Of a stretch of DNA of 64,000 nt, positions 12,391 to 25,520 are shown piece by piece; within the stretch, counting starts at the first letter, position 1, and each line of letters starts with the position of its first letter. This stretch comes from Raja brachyura (lineage: Eukaryota): the NCBI GenBank assembly GCA_963514005.1, contig OY740827.1, positions 3,596,001-3,660,000 on the forward strand, written 5' to 3'. The notes below the pieces were generated by a model. It made no database searches. It was not told the DNA's origin and was given only the letters and a program-made list of their open reading frames with translations. The position numbers and the translations under genes are program-made.

Positions 12391-14124
12391 TATTCTAAAC
12401 TTGAACCACCTGTTTGAAGTCTAAAGGCAATCCTATATCACTTTCTCATTTGGAACAAGATACTATAGGTACAAGGTACAAAGTGCTGCATTAACGCAGC
12501 GGGTCAGGCAGCATCTCTGGAAAAAAGAAATAGGTGGCGTTTCGCGTCAAGACCCTTCTTCAGACTGAGTCGAAGAGCGGGAAATACGAGATATCGACGG
12601 CACAAATGAAAGAAATGTTAAAGCAACGATGATCAATAAAGATGTCGAGCCCACAATGGTCCATAACGAGTAGGTGATAACGAGTTATACAGGAAATGAA
12701 ACTCAAGAGGACAACAGTAAATAAACGATCCTTGTCACCTACCCTTGTTCTCCAGGATTGGAGGCATGAGCTACAGGGAGATGTTGGGACAGGCTGGGAC
12801 TCTATTCCTTGGAGGGCAGGCGGATGAGGGGTGATCTTATAGAGGTGATCAAAATTATTGGTAGGAATTAATCGGGTGGACGCAAAAAGTCTCTTGCCCA
12901 GAGCAGGGGAATCGAGGACCAGAGGACTTAGGTTTAAGAGGAGAGGAGAGAAGATTTAATGGAACCTGAGGGGTAACATTTTTCCACACAAAGGGTGGTG
13001 GGTGTATGGAACAAGCTGCCGGAGGAGGTAGTTGAGGTTGGAGGGATATCGGCCAAACGCAGGCATGTGGGACTAGTGTAGATGGGGCATGTTGGCTGGT
13101 TGACTCTATCTACACCTCACGCTGCCTTGGTAAGGCAGGCAGCATAATCAAGAACGAGTCACTCCCCAGCCACTCCCTCATCTCCCCTCTCCCATTAGGC
13201 AAGAGGTACAGAAGTGTGAAAACGCACACCTCCAGATTCAGGGACAGTTTCTTTCCAGCTGTTATCAGGCAACTGAACCATCCTGCCGCAACCAGAGCGC
13301 AGTCCTGAATTACTATTGTGCTATCTTTGAAGGGACTTTACTGGATTTTTCTTGCACTAAACGTGATTCCCTTTTCTTGTATGTGTACACAGTGGGTGAC
13401 ACTATTGTAATCAAGTAGACACAAAAAGCTGCAGCAACTCAGCGGGACAGGCAGCATCTCTGGAGATAAGGAATGGGTGACGTTTCGGTTCGAGACCTTC
13501 TTCAGACTATAGGGAGAGGTTGAGCACGCTAGGTTTAAGATGAGAGGGGAGAAGATTTAATAGATCCTGAGGAGTAACTTTTTAGTGGTGGGTACATGGA
13601 ACGGAGCTGCCGGAGGAGGGAGTTGAGGCTGGGACCATTGCAACGTTTAAAAAATAGTTGAACAGGTAACATGGATAAGACTTGTTTGGATGGATATGGG
13701 CTGAAGTAGGGCAGGTGGGACTAGTGTAGATGGGGCTCGTTGGCTGGTGTGGGCAAGTTGGGCCGAAGGGCCTGTTTCCGCGCTGCAAGACTCTATGACT
13801 CCAAAGATGTTGCCTGCCCCACTGAGTTGCTCCAGCACTTTGTGTTTTAAGCAACGTGAGGAGTGACGATACATAGAGGGAGGCATTGAGGGTTTCTGGG
13901 TAGAAAGACCAATATGATCCAACAATGTCAGGCAGAGGTTAGACAGGCTACATACAGGTGGGGAACACAAAAGATTGTAGATGTGGGCGGCACAGTGGCG
14001 TAGTGGGTAGAGCTGCTGCCTCACAGCGCCAGAGACCCGGGTTCCATCCCGGGTTCGTGCCTGTCTGCACGGAGTTTGCAGGTTCTCCCCGTGACCTACG
14101 TGGGGTTTCTCAGAGATCTTGAGG

Positions 14125-14755
14125 ATGTGTGTGTGTTTGAGTGAGCGCGTGTGTGTGAGAGAGAGCGTGTGGTTGTGCGATTGTATGTGAGAGAATGTGT
14201 GCGTGTGTACGTGTGTGTGTGCGTGCGCGTGTGTGCGTGTGTGTGTGCATGGGAGGGTGAATGTGTGTGCGTGATAGATGTGTGTGAGAGGGAGAACGCG
14301 TGTGTGTGTGTGATGGTTTGTGAGAGAATGTGTGTGTGTTTGAGTGCGGGTGTGTGTGCGAGAGAAGGAGATTGTGTGGTTGTGCGATTGTATGTGAGAG
14401 AATTTGTGTGTGTTTGAGTGAATGCGTGTGTGCGTGTGTATGTGTGTGTGTGTGCGAGGGAGGGTGAATGTGTGTGCGTGATAGAGGGTGTGATAGAGGG
14501 TGCGACAGAGAGCATATGTGTGTGATGGTTTGTGAGAGAATGTGTGTGTGTTTGAGTGGGTGTGTGTGGGAGTGAGTGAGTGTGAGTGAGATAAGGAGGG
14601 CGTGTGTGTGTGAGAGATGGTGTTTATGTGGAGAGCGAGAATGTGTGTGTGATGGTTTGTGAGAGAATGTGTGTGTGTGTGAGAGAGATGGTGTTCATGT
14701 GTGCGACAGAGAGAATGTGTGTGTAAGAGAGAAGGAGAGTGAGTGTGTGAGAGCG
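14125..14755. repeat. Complex (GT/GA)n low-complexity array (paralog 54178-54505, shorter)
   Basis: Direct inspection; source of the His/Thr-rich pseudo-ORFs. Confidence 0.9.
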
Positions 14756-14839
14756 TATGCGATGAATTCCAGTATCTCTCATGGGCCAATAATCCATCTG
14801 CCTTTATAGACAGTCAGATGACAGTGTGTGTCCACTCAC

Positions 14840-15121
14840 ATTCTACAGTGAGGGTCACATTCCTCTCTGCTGTCCCATGTTCATTCTCCGCCACACACTG
14901 ATAGACCCCGGCGTCCTGCTGTGTCAGCTGAGGGAACTCCATCCACAGCTCGTTGCTGGAACGTGTTGTGTTCAATGCGACACTGAGATATCTCCACGTC
15001 AGGTTAGACGCTGGGAAACTCTGGACGGAGCAGAGGATCGCTGCAGAGTTTCCTTCCTTTACACTGACCCAGGAATTGTTGACTTTGTCGGGGGAAGTGG
15101 TTGAGAGATTCTGGGGAGCGT
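14840..15121 (-). CDS. Siglec-like gene A, Ig domain 3 exon (C2/I-set)
   Basis: tttgcag|AC...T|gtgagt, 282 nt, phase 1-1, open; YAPQNLS..CSVQSFPASNLTW..DAGVYQC. Confidence 0.9.
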
Positions 15122-15932
15122 CTGCAAACAGATAAAATTCAGCAACCAGTTTTGTGGCACTTTCGGTGATCCTTGGATTGTAAAAGACTTTAGAGATACA
15201 CTGCGGAAATAGGTCCTTCAGCCCACCAAGTCCGCGCCGACCATCGAACACGCGTTCACACACTAGTTCTATGTTTAGGGAAATGAGAGATATAGATGAT
15301 GGTGTAGAGAGATATAGAACAAAGAATGAAAGATATGCAAAATAGTAACGATGATAAAGGAAACAGGTGTTCGCTGTTTGATGGGTGAGAACGAGACGCT
15401 GGTACGACTTGGGTGGGGGTGGGATGAAGAGAGAGGGAATGCAGGGTCCTGCCCAATATATGAGATCCTGTTCCTCCAATTTGCGTTTAGCCTCACTCTA
15501 ACAGTGCAGGACATAAAGGTCAGTGTGGGAATGGGAAGGAGAATTAAAGTGTTTAGCAACCGGGAGATCAGGTAGGTCATCCATATCTCTACATCATTGT
15601 CTATATCTCTTGTTTCCCTTTCCCGTGACTTTCACTCTGAAGAACGCTCTCGACCCGAAACATCACCCATTCCTTCTCTCCAAAGATGCTGCCTGTCCCG
15701 CTGAGTTACTCCAGCTTTTGGTGTTGATTTGATTAGTACGGGTGTCAGAGGTTATGGGGAGAAGGCACAAGAAAGGGGTTATGAGGGAGAGATAGATCAG
15801 CCATGATTGAATGGTGAAATAGACTTGATGGGCCGAATGGCCTAATTCTGCTCCTTCCACTTATCACGTTACGTACCAGCACTGCTCATAGATTATTGCT
15901 GTTCCTGCACAATAAACGATCTCCGTACTTAC

Positions 15933-16226
15933 ATTGCACAGTCATTGTGAGGATCTGCTCCGATGAGACAGTTGGGTATCTGACTCTGCAGGTGAGGTTT
16001 TGCCCGTGATGTTTGAGCACTGGGGTCAGGGACAGAACAGAAGTATATGTCAGAGTGTCTCCCCGCTGAGTTACGCTGTGTGAGGCTGACGTTGGTTCAT
16101 CAGCGGGGGTGACCCAGGTTAAGGTGGGTGCCGTTCCATCACACGTGGTGTTGAAGATGCAGGTCACGGTCACAGGCTGACCTGCCACCATTTCAGCAGG
16201 GAATATCGTGGGTTTATCTGTGAAAT
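15933..16226 (-). CDS. Siglec-like gene A, Ig domain 2 exon (C2-set with extra interdomain Cys)
   Basis: gttag|AT...T|gtaagt, 294 nt; KPTIFP..GQPVTVTCIFNTTCDGTAPTLTW..SVLSLTP..HHGQNLTCRV, typical of Siglec domain 2. Confidence 0.92.
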
Positions 16227-17201
16227 CTAACACACACAGAAACAGATACTGTTAGTTAAATATCACGAGATACATCGGTTCACATCGTAATCCCAGTCCC
16301 ACATGAGGAAGGATGTTTTTACAAGGTACAGAAGTGTGAAAACGCACACCTCCAGATTATCATGGACCAGTGTCACCCCCGGTCACTCCCTCTGCTCCCC
16401 TCTTCCACCAGGCAAGAGGTACAGAAGTGTGAAACTGCACAACTCCAGATTCAGGGACAGTTTCTTCCCGGCTGTTATCAGGCAACTGAACCATTCTACC
16501 ACAACCAGAGAGCGGTCTTGAACTACTATCATTGGTGACCTTCAGACTATCCCTGATCAGACTATGCTGGCTTAACCTTGCACTAAACGTTATTCCCTTA
16601 TCATGCAGCTGTACGCTGTAAACGGCTCGATTGTAATCATGTATTGTCTTTCCGCTGACTGGATAGCACGCAACAAAAGCTTTGCACTGTACCTCGGTAC
16701 ACGTGACAATAAAATTTACTAACTAAACTAAACTAAACAAGGATGATCCCTGAACAAGGAGGTACAATGGTCAGGGGAGGTTGAAAAGGTCGGAAACCAG
16801 TAATGTTATGAAGACCTGTGATCGGGAAGATGGGGACAGAGTTCTCCACTAAGGGCAGTAAGGATAAGACAGTCATTGTTTAGTTTAGTTCAGGCTGCGT
16901 GAAGTGTAGATGGAGTCGATATTAGGAGCATATATGGGCAATGAAAACCTGGCAATAACAGTGCAAAAACTGGAGGTGTCACGGTGATCCAGAAATGAAC
17001 CAGAAGGATCCTGATGCTGTGGTGTGTGTGTGAATAGGGAACGTGTACAGTCCAAAGTCTGATCAAGGATAGTCCGAGGGTCACCAGTGAGGCTGATGGT
17101 AGTTCAGCACTGCTCTCTGGTTGTGGTAGGATGGTTCAGTTGCCTGATAACTGCTGGGAAGAAACTGTTGAGTGAATGAGTGAATTATCCAGAGCACTTA
17201 C

Positions 17202-17567
17202 CAGTAACACTGAGCCGTGTTACAGGGTGGTAGTTGAAACGATTTCCCCCTCCAAAATCAACTCTGAAAAAATAAGGACCTGCATCTTGCAGCGTGATGT
17301 TGTCTATAACCAGGGAACAGTCGTTGTCTCTCAGGATTCCTGACAGCCGGGTCCGATGCTGAAACGTTGTTGATTCTAGACTGGAATTCCCGGAGTGGAA
17401 GGCCACAGAATCTTCTTTGTTCTTCTCACTGTTATACCAGATTCCAGTCCATGGTTTATTGTTCAGATTCGACGGGTACCTGTAGTGACACGGAATCCGT
17501 GCACACAAACCATTCTGCGCTGTCACATCTGGTGGAGTGTCCGCACTCCACTGTCCCGACACCACGG
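17202..17567 (-). CDS. Siglec-like gene A, V-set sialic-acid-binding domain exon
   Basis: ctcctcag|CC...G|gtaagt, 366 nt; QW..GLCARIPC.Y.YP..W..RTRLSG..DCSL.I..DAGPYFFR, i.e. Siglec cysteine pattern plus F-strand Arg. Confidence 0.92.
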
Positions 17568-17706
17568 CTGAGGAGAGAAGGAACAATCTTTAGCAGTGAA
17601 CACCCTGTCAGTTCACTGGACTCACTTTCCCCACCTTTTATCCTGCGCTGTGGACCTGGTGTGTACAGAGCGTAGAAGAGCGGCATGGTGGTGTAGGGGT
17701 AGAGCC

Positions 17707-18175
17707 TCCTCCTCACCGCCCCTCCCAGCGTGTCACTCCCTCCTCACCACCCCTCCCACAGCGTGTCACTCCCTCCTCACCGCCCCTCCCACAGCGTGTC
17801 ACTCCCTCCTCACCGCCCCTCCCACAGTGTGTCACTCCCTCCTCACCGCCCCTCCCAGTGTGTCACTCCCTCCTCACTGCCCCTCCCACAGTGTGTCACT
17901 CCCTCCTCACCGCCCCTCCCAGTGTGTCACTCCCTCCTCACCGCCCCTCCCACAGTGTGTCACTCCCTCCTCACCGCCCCTCCCAGTGTGTCACTCCTTC
18001 ACCGCCCCTCCTACAGTGTGTCACTCCCTCTTCACCGCCCCTCCCAGTGTGTCACTCCTTCACCGCCCCTCCCACAGTGTGTCACTGGCTCCTCATTGCC
18101 CCTCCCACAGTGCGTCACTCCCTCACACAGTGTATTATTGCCTCTTCAATGCCCCCCCACTGCGCGTCACTCCCA
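17707..18175. repeat. 29-31-bp C-rich minisatellite (cctcctcaccgcccctcccacagtgtgtcact), ~15 units
   Basis: Direct inspection; lies ~140 nt upstream of the V exon. Confidence 0.95.
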
Positions 18176-19059
18176 GGGACCAGTAGAGTGTCCCTTATAG
18201 CCAGGGTCCGGAGGGCAATCTGCACCAGTATATTCCATCTGCCACTTCTCTGTCCACTCTCCCAACCTGCCCAAGTCCTTCAGCAGAGTCCATGCTTTCT
18301 CTACACTATCTGCCCCTCCACCTATTTCCGTATCATCCGCAAACTTGACCACAAAGCCTTCAATCCCCTGGTCTAAATCATTAATATATAACGTGAAGAG
18401 TCGTGGTGTGTAGGAAGGAACTGCAGTAGCTGGTTTAAACTGAAGATTGACACAAAAATAGGGAGAAACTCAGCCGGACAGGCAGCATCTCTGGAGAGAA
18501 GGAATGGGTGACGTTTTGGCTCAAGACCCTTCTTCAGACTGAAAGTCACGGGAAAGGGCAACGGGAGATATAGACGGTGATGTAGAGAGACAGAGAACAA
18601 TGAATGAAAGATATGCATGAAAGTAATGATGATAAAGAAAACAAGTCATTGTTAGCTGATTGTTGGGTGAGAACGAGAATCTGGTGCGACTAGACTAAGG
18701 GAGCGATGGAGAGAGAGGGAATGCAGGGTTTACTTGAAGTGAGAGAAATCAATATTCATACCGCTGGGATGTAAGCTGCCCAAGCAAAATATGAGATCCT
18801 GTTCCTCCAATTTGCAGTTGGCCTCACTCTGACAGTGGAGGAGAACTAGGACAGAAAGATCAATGTGGGAATGGGAAGGGGAATTAAAGTGTTTGGCAAC
18901 CAGGAGATCAGGTAGGTCCAGGCGGACTGAGCGAAGGTGGTCAGCAAAACGATCGTTGCGGCCCCAGCACCGTCCCCTGCGGAACTCCGCTAGTCACTGG
19001 CACCCAACCAGTGAAAGCCTTCTCGCCCGTAAACACTTGTGAGTTGCTGCTGATGGTAC

Positions 19060-19099
19060 CTTGGAGAAGGGAGAGGAGGAAGCACGATCTCCCGATCAT
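19060..19099 (-). CDS. Siglec-like gene A, signal-peptide exon (whole exon 19060-19140 incl. 5' UTR)
   Basis: cttccag| acceptor at 19141; ATG..CAA G|gtacca encodes MIGRSCFLLSLLQ and splices in phase to (A)VVSG-QW; conserved in the paralog. Confidence 0.85.
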
Positions 19100-19582
19100 T
19101 GTCCGATCCCAGATATCCCGTCAGTCCCCGATCTCCCGGTCTGGAAGAGAAAGTGATTGCAGTAAAATTCTAGCGACCAATATACATTAAACGACATGGA
19201 TGCAATGCTAAGCTCTATAAGGTGCTGGTCAGGCCACATATGGGATAATGTGAGCAATTTTGAGCCCTGTATCTGATGAAGGATGTGTAGGCTCTGGATG
19301 GGTCTAGAGGAGGTTTACATGAATGAGTGGGTTTACATAGGATGAGCGTTTGATGGTACTGGGACTATACTCGCTGGAGTTTAGATGAATGAGGGGGGAC
19401 CTCAATGAAACTTGCCGAATAGTGAAAGGCTTGGATAGAGTGGATGTGGAGTGGTTATTTCCATAGCCTCAGAATTCTTTTAGGAAGGAAATGAGGAGGA
19501 ATTTCTTTAGTCAGAGGATGGTGAATCTGTGGAATTCTTTGCCACAGACGGCTGCGGAGGCCAATTCAAGCTTTCAAGGTCA

Positions 19583-20245
19583 GTTTATTGCCACATGTAC
19601 CAATTAAGGTACAGTGAAATTCGAATTACCAAATAAAAGCAACAAGAGACACAACTACATCAAAGTTAACATAAACATCCACCACAGTGAACTCCCCACG
19701 ATCCTCAATGTGACGGAAGGCAATAAAGTCCAAACTTCTTCCTCTTTTATTCTCCTGCGGTTGGGGCGATCGAACCATCTGCAGTCTGGGGGATTGAAGC
19801 TCCCGCAGCCGGCGGTGGAAGATCCCGCGTCAGGGCGATCGAAACCCCCCGCGTCAGGGCAATCGAAGCTCCCACGTTGGGGTGATCAAAGCTCCTGCGG
19901 TTTGGAGTTTCCCGAAGTCGGTCTCTAACCCGAGACCACAAGCTCCGTGTTGTTAAAGTTCGCAGGCACCCGGGGTGCAGCTCTCGAAGTCAGTCTCCAG
20001 CAAAGCCCACCAACTCCTCGATGGTGGACCGCAGTGCGGACGGAGATATGATACGGAAGAAAATTGTATCTCCATCGAGGTAAGAGATTAGAAAAAGTTT
20101 CCCCAACTCCCCCCCCCCCCCCCCCCACATAAAACAACCTAAAGAACACTAAAAACATACATTGAACACACACAGCCAGACAACAAAGAAGGAAGGGACA
20201 GACAGACTGTTGGTGAGGCAGCCATTGCTGGCGCCACCTGGTGGA
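19583..20245 (-). mobile_element. Unclassified GC-rich dispersed repeat (paralog 60188-60860; related copies 35640-36285 and 40070-40692 on +)
   Basis: Shared head and G-run/CpG-rich body across four loci, gacaataaa-type tail; no coding capacity recognised. Confidence 0.55.
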
Positions 20246-20482
20246 TATTGTTAAGGCAGAGATAGAAAGATTATGAATTAGTACGGGTGTCAGGGGTTAA
20301 GGGGAGAAGGCAGGAGAATGGGGTTAAGAGGGAGTGATAGATCAGCCATGATTGAATGGGGGAGTAGGTTTGATGGGCCAAATGGCCTAATTCTACTCCC
20401 ATCACTTATGACCTGATGAGCAATCTTGTTGCCTTCCTTTGGTTTTAAAAGCTTCGCGCTAATCTTTGCCAAGTAACAGGAT

Positions 20483-20772
20483 GGCGCACAGTGGCGCAGC
20501 GGTAGAGTTGCTGCCTCACAGCGCCAGAGACCCGACTTCGATCCTGACTACAGGTGCTGTCTGTACGGAGTTTGTACGTTCTCCCTGTGATCTGCGTGGA
20601 TTTTCTCCGGGATCTCTGCTTTCCTTCCACACTCCAAAGACGTACAGGTTTGTAGGTTAATTAGACTTCGGTAAAAAAAAATGTATTTGTCCGAAGTGTG
20701 TGTAGGATAACGTTGGTCGCAGGTCAGCATGGGCTGAAGGGCCTGTTTCTGCACAGTATCACTAAACTAAAC
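20483..20772 (+). mobile_element. tRNA-derived V-SINE-like element (paralog ~61094-61370; further copies ~13987, ~54040, ~62775, and 26390-26612 on -)
   Basis: A box tggcgcagcgg, B-box-like ttcgatcc, core ggagtttgtacgttctccc, LINE-like tail; consistent with the elasmobranch HE1/V-SINE type. Confidence 0.82.
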
Positions 20773-22869
20773 ACAGAACTTGTTTGTGAACTGGTGATCG
20801 CGGGTTGGCACGGACTCGATGGACTGAAGGGCCTGTTTCCGCGCTGCATCTCTAAACTAGAAAACTAAACTAAACTGGCATCACTGCTACTGTTCTGCCA
20901 TGTGGTTAAGTCCCACAAGGTGCCTGGTACATGAACTAGGGACGGTATCTGAGGAACAGTCGAGGGCTCTAAGCTGATCATTACTAAAGTAGAAGTAAGA
21001 GGCTATTCATACAGAGGTTGATGAGGGGTTGTGTGGGTTGTGGAACCAGCTGCCGGTGGAAGTAGTTGAGGCAAGTACAATAACAACATTTAATTTAGTT
21101 CAGTTAAGAGACACAGCGTGGAAACAGGCCCTTTGGCCCACCGAGTCCGTGTTGACCAACGATGACCCATTCACACTCTAGTTCTGTTTAGTTTGGCGAT
21201 ACAGCGTGGAAACAGGCCCTTCAGCCCACCGAGCCCATGCTGCCCATCGAGCACCCGTTCACACACTAATTCTATGTTTAGTTTGGCGATACAGCGTGGA
21301 AACAGGCCCTTCGGCACACCGAGTCCACGCTGACTATCGATCACCCATTCACACACGAGTTCTGTGTTTAGTTTAGGGATACAGCATGGAAACAGGCCCT
21401 TCAGCCCACCAAGTCCGTGCCCACCAGCGATCACCCGTTCACACACTAGTTCTCTCTTTAGTCAGAGGGTGGTGAATCTGTGGAATTATTTGCCACAGCA
21501 GGCTGTGGAGGGCTAGTCAGTGGATATTTTTAAGGCAGAGTAAAATAGATTCTTGATTAGTGCGGGTGTCAGGGGTTATGGGGAGAAGGCAGGAGAATGG
21601 TGTTAGGAGGGAGAGATAGATCAGCCATGATTGGGTAGCGGAGTAGAGCTGATGGGCCGAATGGCCTGATTCTGCTGCTATCACATGACTGTAAATATCA
21701 CCAACAACATACCCTGCACCAACTACATTGGAGCTGTGGTCAATAAGGCACACTAATGTTTCATCTTCCTCAAAAGATGAAGGAAGTTCTGCATTTCTCC
21801 AGTGACTCACACCAACGTCTCCACAGGAATTGTGAAAGAACACTGTTAGGTTGCAGCACGACATGGTTTGGGACCAGCTCTGTCCAAGACCACAAGAAAT
21901 CACTGAGGGCTTAGTTTAGTTTAGTTCAGAGATGCAGCGCTGAAACAGGCCCCCTCGGCCCACCGAGTCCATGCTGGCCATCGATCACCCGTTCACATAC
22001 TAGTTATATGTTTAGTTTTTGAGATACAATACAGACACAGGACCTTCAGTCCACCGAGTTTGCACCGACCAGCGATCACCCATTCACACATTAATTCTGT
22101 GTTTAGTTTAGAGATACAGCACGGAAACAGGCGCACCGAGTCCGTGCCGACCAGCGATCACCGTTCACACACTAGTTCTGAGTTTAGTTCAGAGATGCAG
22201 CGCGGAAACAGGTTCTTCGGCCCACCCAGTCCGTGCCGGCCAGCGATCCCCGCACACTAGCACTATCCTACACACACCAGGGACAATTTACAATTTTGCC
22301 AAGTCAATTAACCTGCAAACCAGCACATCTATGGAATGTGGGAGGAAACCAGAGAAATCGGTGCTGGCTCGAAGGGCCGAATGGCCTTCTCCTGCACCTA
22401 TTTTCTAGAACCCAAGCAGGTCAAGAGTCCAGATTCAAGAATGTTTTATTGTCAAATGTCCCAGATTACAGAATGAAATTCTTACTTGCAGCAGCACAAC
22501 AGAATATGTAAACGGGCAAACTCCATACAGACAAGCACCCAAAGTCAGGATCAACCAGGGCCTCTGGCGCTGTGAGGCAGCAATGCTACTGCTGCGCCAC
22601 CTAGCCGCCCCTAACATGTATATCGCCCAGTCCATCACACAAATCAGTCTCCCCATTCCACCCCCGAAGGGCATGTTAAAAAGCATTTTATCAGGATGCA
22701 TTGTAGCTTGGTTTGAGAACAGTTCCATCCACACAGCAACGGGCTCTTCGGCCCACCATGTCCATACCAGCCCTTTTTTGCCCATCGATCGGTATGGTTG
22801 TACAATTGCCATGTGTAAAGGGATACAGTGTTTGCATGCAACCCAGGTAAGTCGTACTATATAAGGTCA

Positions 22870-24220
22870 TAAGTGATGGGAGCAGAATTAGGTCATTCAG
22901 CCCATCAACTGTACTCTGCCATTTAATCATAGCTGATCTATCTCTTTCTCCTAACCCCATTTTCCTCCCTTCTCCCCATAACCACTGCTCCACGACTAAT
23001 CAAGAATCTATCTATCTCTGCCTTAATACATCCACTGACTTGGCCTCCACAGTCTTCTGTGGCAAAGCATCCACAGATTCACCACCCTCTGACTAAAGAT
23101 ATTCCTCCTCATCTCCTTCCTAAAAGAACGTCGTTTAATTCAGAGGCTATAACCTCTGGTCCAATACTCTCCCACTAGTGGAAACATCCTCTCCACATCC
23201 ACTCTATACAAGCCATTCACTATTCTGTACGTTTCAATGAGGTTCCCCCCTCATGATTCTAAACTCCATTGAGTACAGGACCAGTGCGTCAAATGCTCAT
23301 CACACGTTAACCCACTCGTTCCTGGGATCGTTCTTGTAAACCTCCTCTGGACCCTCTCCAGAGTCAGCACATCCTTCCTCAGATACGGGGCCCAAAATTG
23401 CTCACAATATTGAGTACAATATGGACTGAGAGTCAGGGGAGATGGAGACACAGAGATACCTTTCTGTCCTGGGCCTCCTCCACTGTCAGAATGAGGCCCC
23501 ATGCAAATTGGAGGAACAGCACCTCATATTTCACTTGGGCAGTTTACACCCCAGTGGTATGAATATTGACTTCTCTAACTTCAAGTAACCCTTGCTTTCC
23601 CTCTCCCAAGATGAGTTGAGTATAGGAGCAAAGAGGTCCTCCTGCAGTTGTATTGGGCCCTAGTGAGACCACACCTGCAGTATTGTGTGCAGTTTTGGTC
23701 TCCAAACTTGAGGAAGGACATTCTTGCTATTGAGGGAGTGCAGCATAGGTTCACAAGGTTAATTCCCGGGATGGCGGGACTGTCATATGTTGATAGATTG
23801 GAGTGGCTGGGCTTGTGTACTCTGGAATTTAGAAGGATCAGAGGGGATCTTATTGAAACAAATAAGATTATTAAGGGTTTGAACACGCTAGAGGCAGGAA
23901 ACATGTTCCCAATGTTGGGGGAGTCCTGAAGCAGGGGCCACAGTTTAAGAATAAGTGGTAAACCATTTAGAACAGTGATGAGGAAAAACATTCACACACA
24001 TAGTTGTGAGTCTGTGGAATTCACTACCTCAGAGGGCGGTGGAGGCTTGTTCTCTGGATGTTTTCAAGAGAGAGTTAGATAGAGCTCTTAGGGATAGCAG
24101 AGTTAAGGGATATGGAGAGAAGGCAGGAACGGGGTACTGATTGTGGATGATCAGCCATGATCACATTGGATGGTGGTGCTGGCTCGAAGGGCCGAATGGC
24201 CGACTCCAGCACCTATTGTC
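22870..24220. mobile_element. CR1 3' fragments in both orientations (22870-23410 minus; 23610-24220 plus)
   Basis: YCEQFWAPYLRKD / LVRPHLQYCVQFWSP ORF2 C-terminal peptides plus 3' UTR. Confidence 0.8.
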
Positions 24221-25454
24221 TATTCTCCATCCCTCCATTTTCCTATTCTATGACCAGTCTGACTTTCCTCCTGATTCAATGTTATCTCTGTTTGCTTCAT
24301 TGTCACCTTCTCCTAGCTAACGATGATCTATTGTACATTTTCCTCAACCTTCATAACCTTTGTCTCGTTTTCACACCTTTCTCTTCCTTATCTCCGTGTC
24401 TCTCTCTCCCCTCACTCTCAGTCTGCAGAAGCATCTCAATCCGAAACGTCACCCATTCCTTCTCACCGAGTTTCCGAATCGGGGATAGTTTCTTCCCAGC
24501 TGTTATCAGGCAACTGAACCATCCTACCACAACCAGAGAGCAGTGCTGAACTACTAACTACCCCTTTGATGACCCTCGGACTATCCTTGATCAGACATTG
24601 CTGGTTTTAGCTTACAGTAAACGTTATTCCCTTATCATGTAAATGGAACAATGGTAATCGTGTATAGGAGCTGGTTTAAACTGTAGATAGACACAAAATG
24701 CTGGCGTAACTCAGCGGGACAGGCAGCTTCTCTGGATAGAAGGAATGGGTGATATTTTGGGTCAAGACCTTTCTTCTATCCATATATGCTGCCTGTCCCA
24801 CTGAGTTAATCCAGCATTTTGTGTCTGTCTTTGATAGTAATCATGTGATGTCTTTGCGCCGAATGGTTAGCACGCAACAAAAGCTGTTTGCTGTATCTTG
24901 GTTAGCATGACAATAAACATAGAAAACAGAGAATAATAGAAAATAGGTGCAGGAGTAGGCCATTCGGCCCTTCCAGCCAGCATCGCCATTCAATATGTTC
25001 ATGGCTGATCATCCAAAATCAGTATTCCGTTCCTGTTTTCTCCCCACATCCCTTGATTCCATTAGCCCTAAGAGATAAATCAAACTCTCTTTTGAATACA
25101 TCCAGTGAATTGGCCTCCACTGCCTTCTGTGGCAGATTCACAACTCTCTGGGTGAAAACGTTTTTCCTCATCTCAGTCCTAAATGAGATATCCCTAATTT
25201 TTAAACTGTGAACCCTGGATCTGGACTCCGCCAACATCGGGAATATTTTTCGTGCATCAAGCATGTCCAATCCAAGAGATGCTGCCTGTCCCGCTGAGTT
25301 ACCCCGCACTTTGTGTCTATATTCAGTGTGAACCAGCATCTGCAGTTACCTTAATACACAAAGTTATTTCCGTGATCAGACTCTGTAGAAAATCACAACT
25401 CAACTAAACAGGTCGTTGTTTGTGGGAACAAGCGGCAGACACGGAATTACGTAC

Positions 25455-25520
25455 CTGGGTTCTGTCCGCTGCTCGTCTCTGGAGTATCGACTGACAAACT
25501 CTTATTCTCAGTGGCCGTCA
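25455..25520 (-). other. Candidate 66-nt exon (5' non-coding exon of gene A, or orphaned cytoplasmic exon of gene B)
   Basis: Strong donor CCAG|gtacgt, acceptor-like tgttctccacacag, non-repetitive context, no ATG; phase-1 frame is open (xTATENKSLSVDTPETSSGQNP). Confidence 0.5.

Larger units (their letters stand above)
1..20858. repeat. Segmental/tandem duplication unit, copy A (continues left of window); paralogous to 44742-61452
   Basis: Colinear, highly similar sequence including exons, introns and old TE fragments (1 cagcattttgtgtctaacc = 44742 cagcactttgtgtctaacc). Similarity is lost after ~20858/61452. Confidence 0.93.

Noticed and set aside
13647-14789. 380-aa His/Thr-rich ORF and similar V/C-rich ORFs (54-296, 44795-45001, 54163-54528)
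   Set aside because: Translations of (GT/CA)n microsatellite.
17707-18175. CACAGTG (RSS heptamer) in many minisatellite units beside a V exon, suggesting V(D)J-type rearrangement
   Set aside because: No ACAAAAACC-like nonamer at 12/23 spacing. The V exon is complete, includes its G strand and ends in a normal splice donor.
8749-19140. Calling the gene MAG, CD22 or CD33 by symbol
   Set aside because: Four-Ig architecture, tandem paralogy and a short tail do not fit a clear ortholog; a phylogeny is needed.
20483-20560. tRNA-like sequences with A/B boxes
   Set aside because: They are SINE heads continuing into core and tail sequence, not tRNA genes.
21690-21900. Possible cytoplasmic ITIM exon for gene B
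   Set aside because: No convincing minus-strand exon or ITIM; it reads as a decayed non-LTR retrotransposon fragment on the plus strand.
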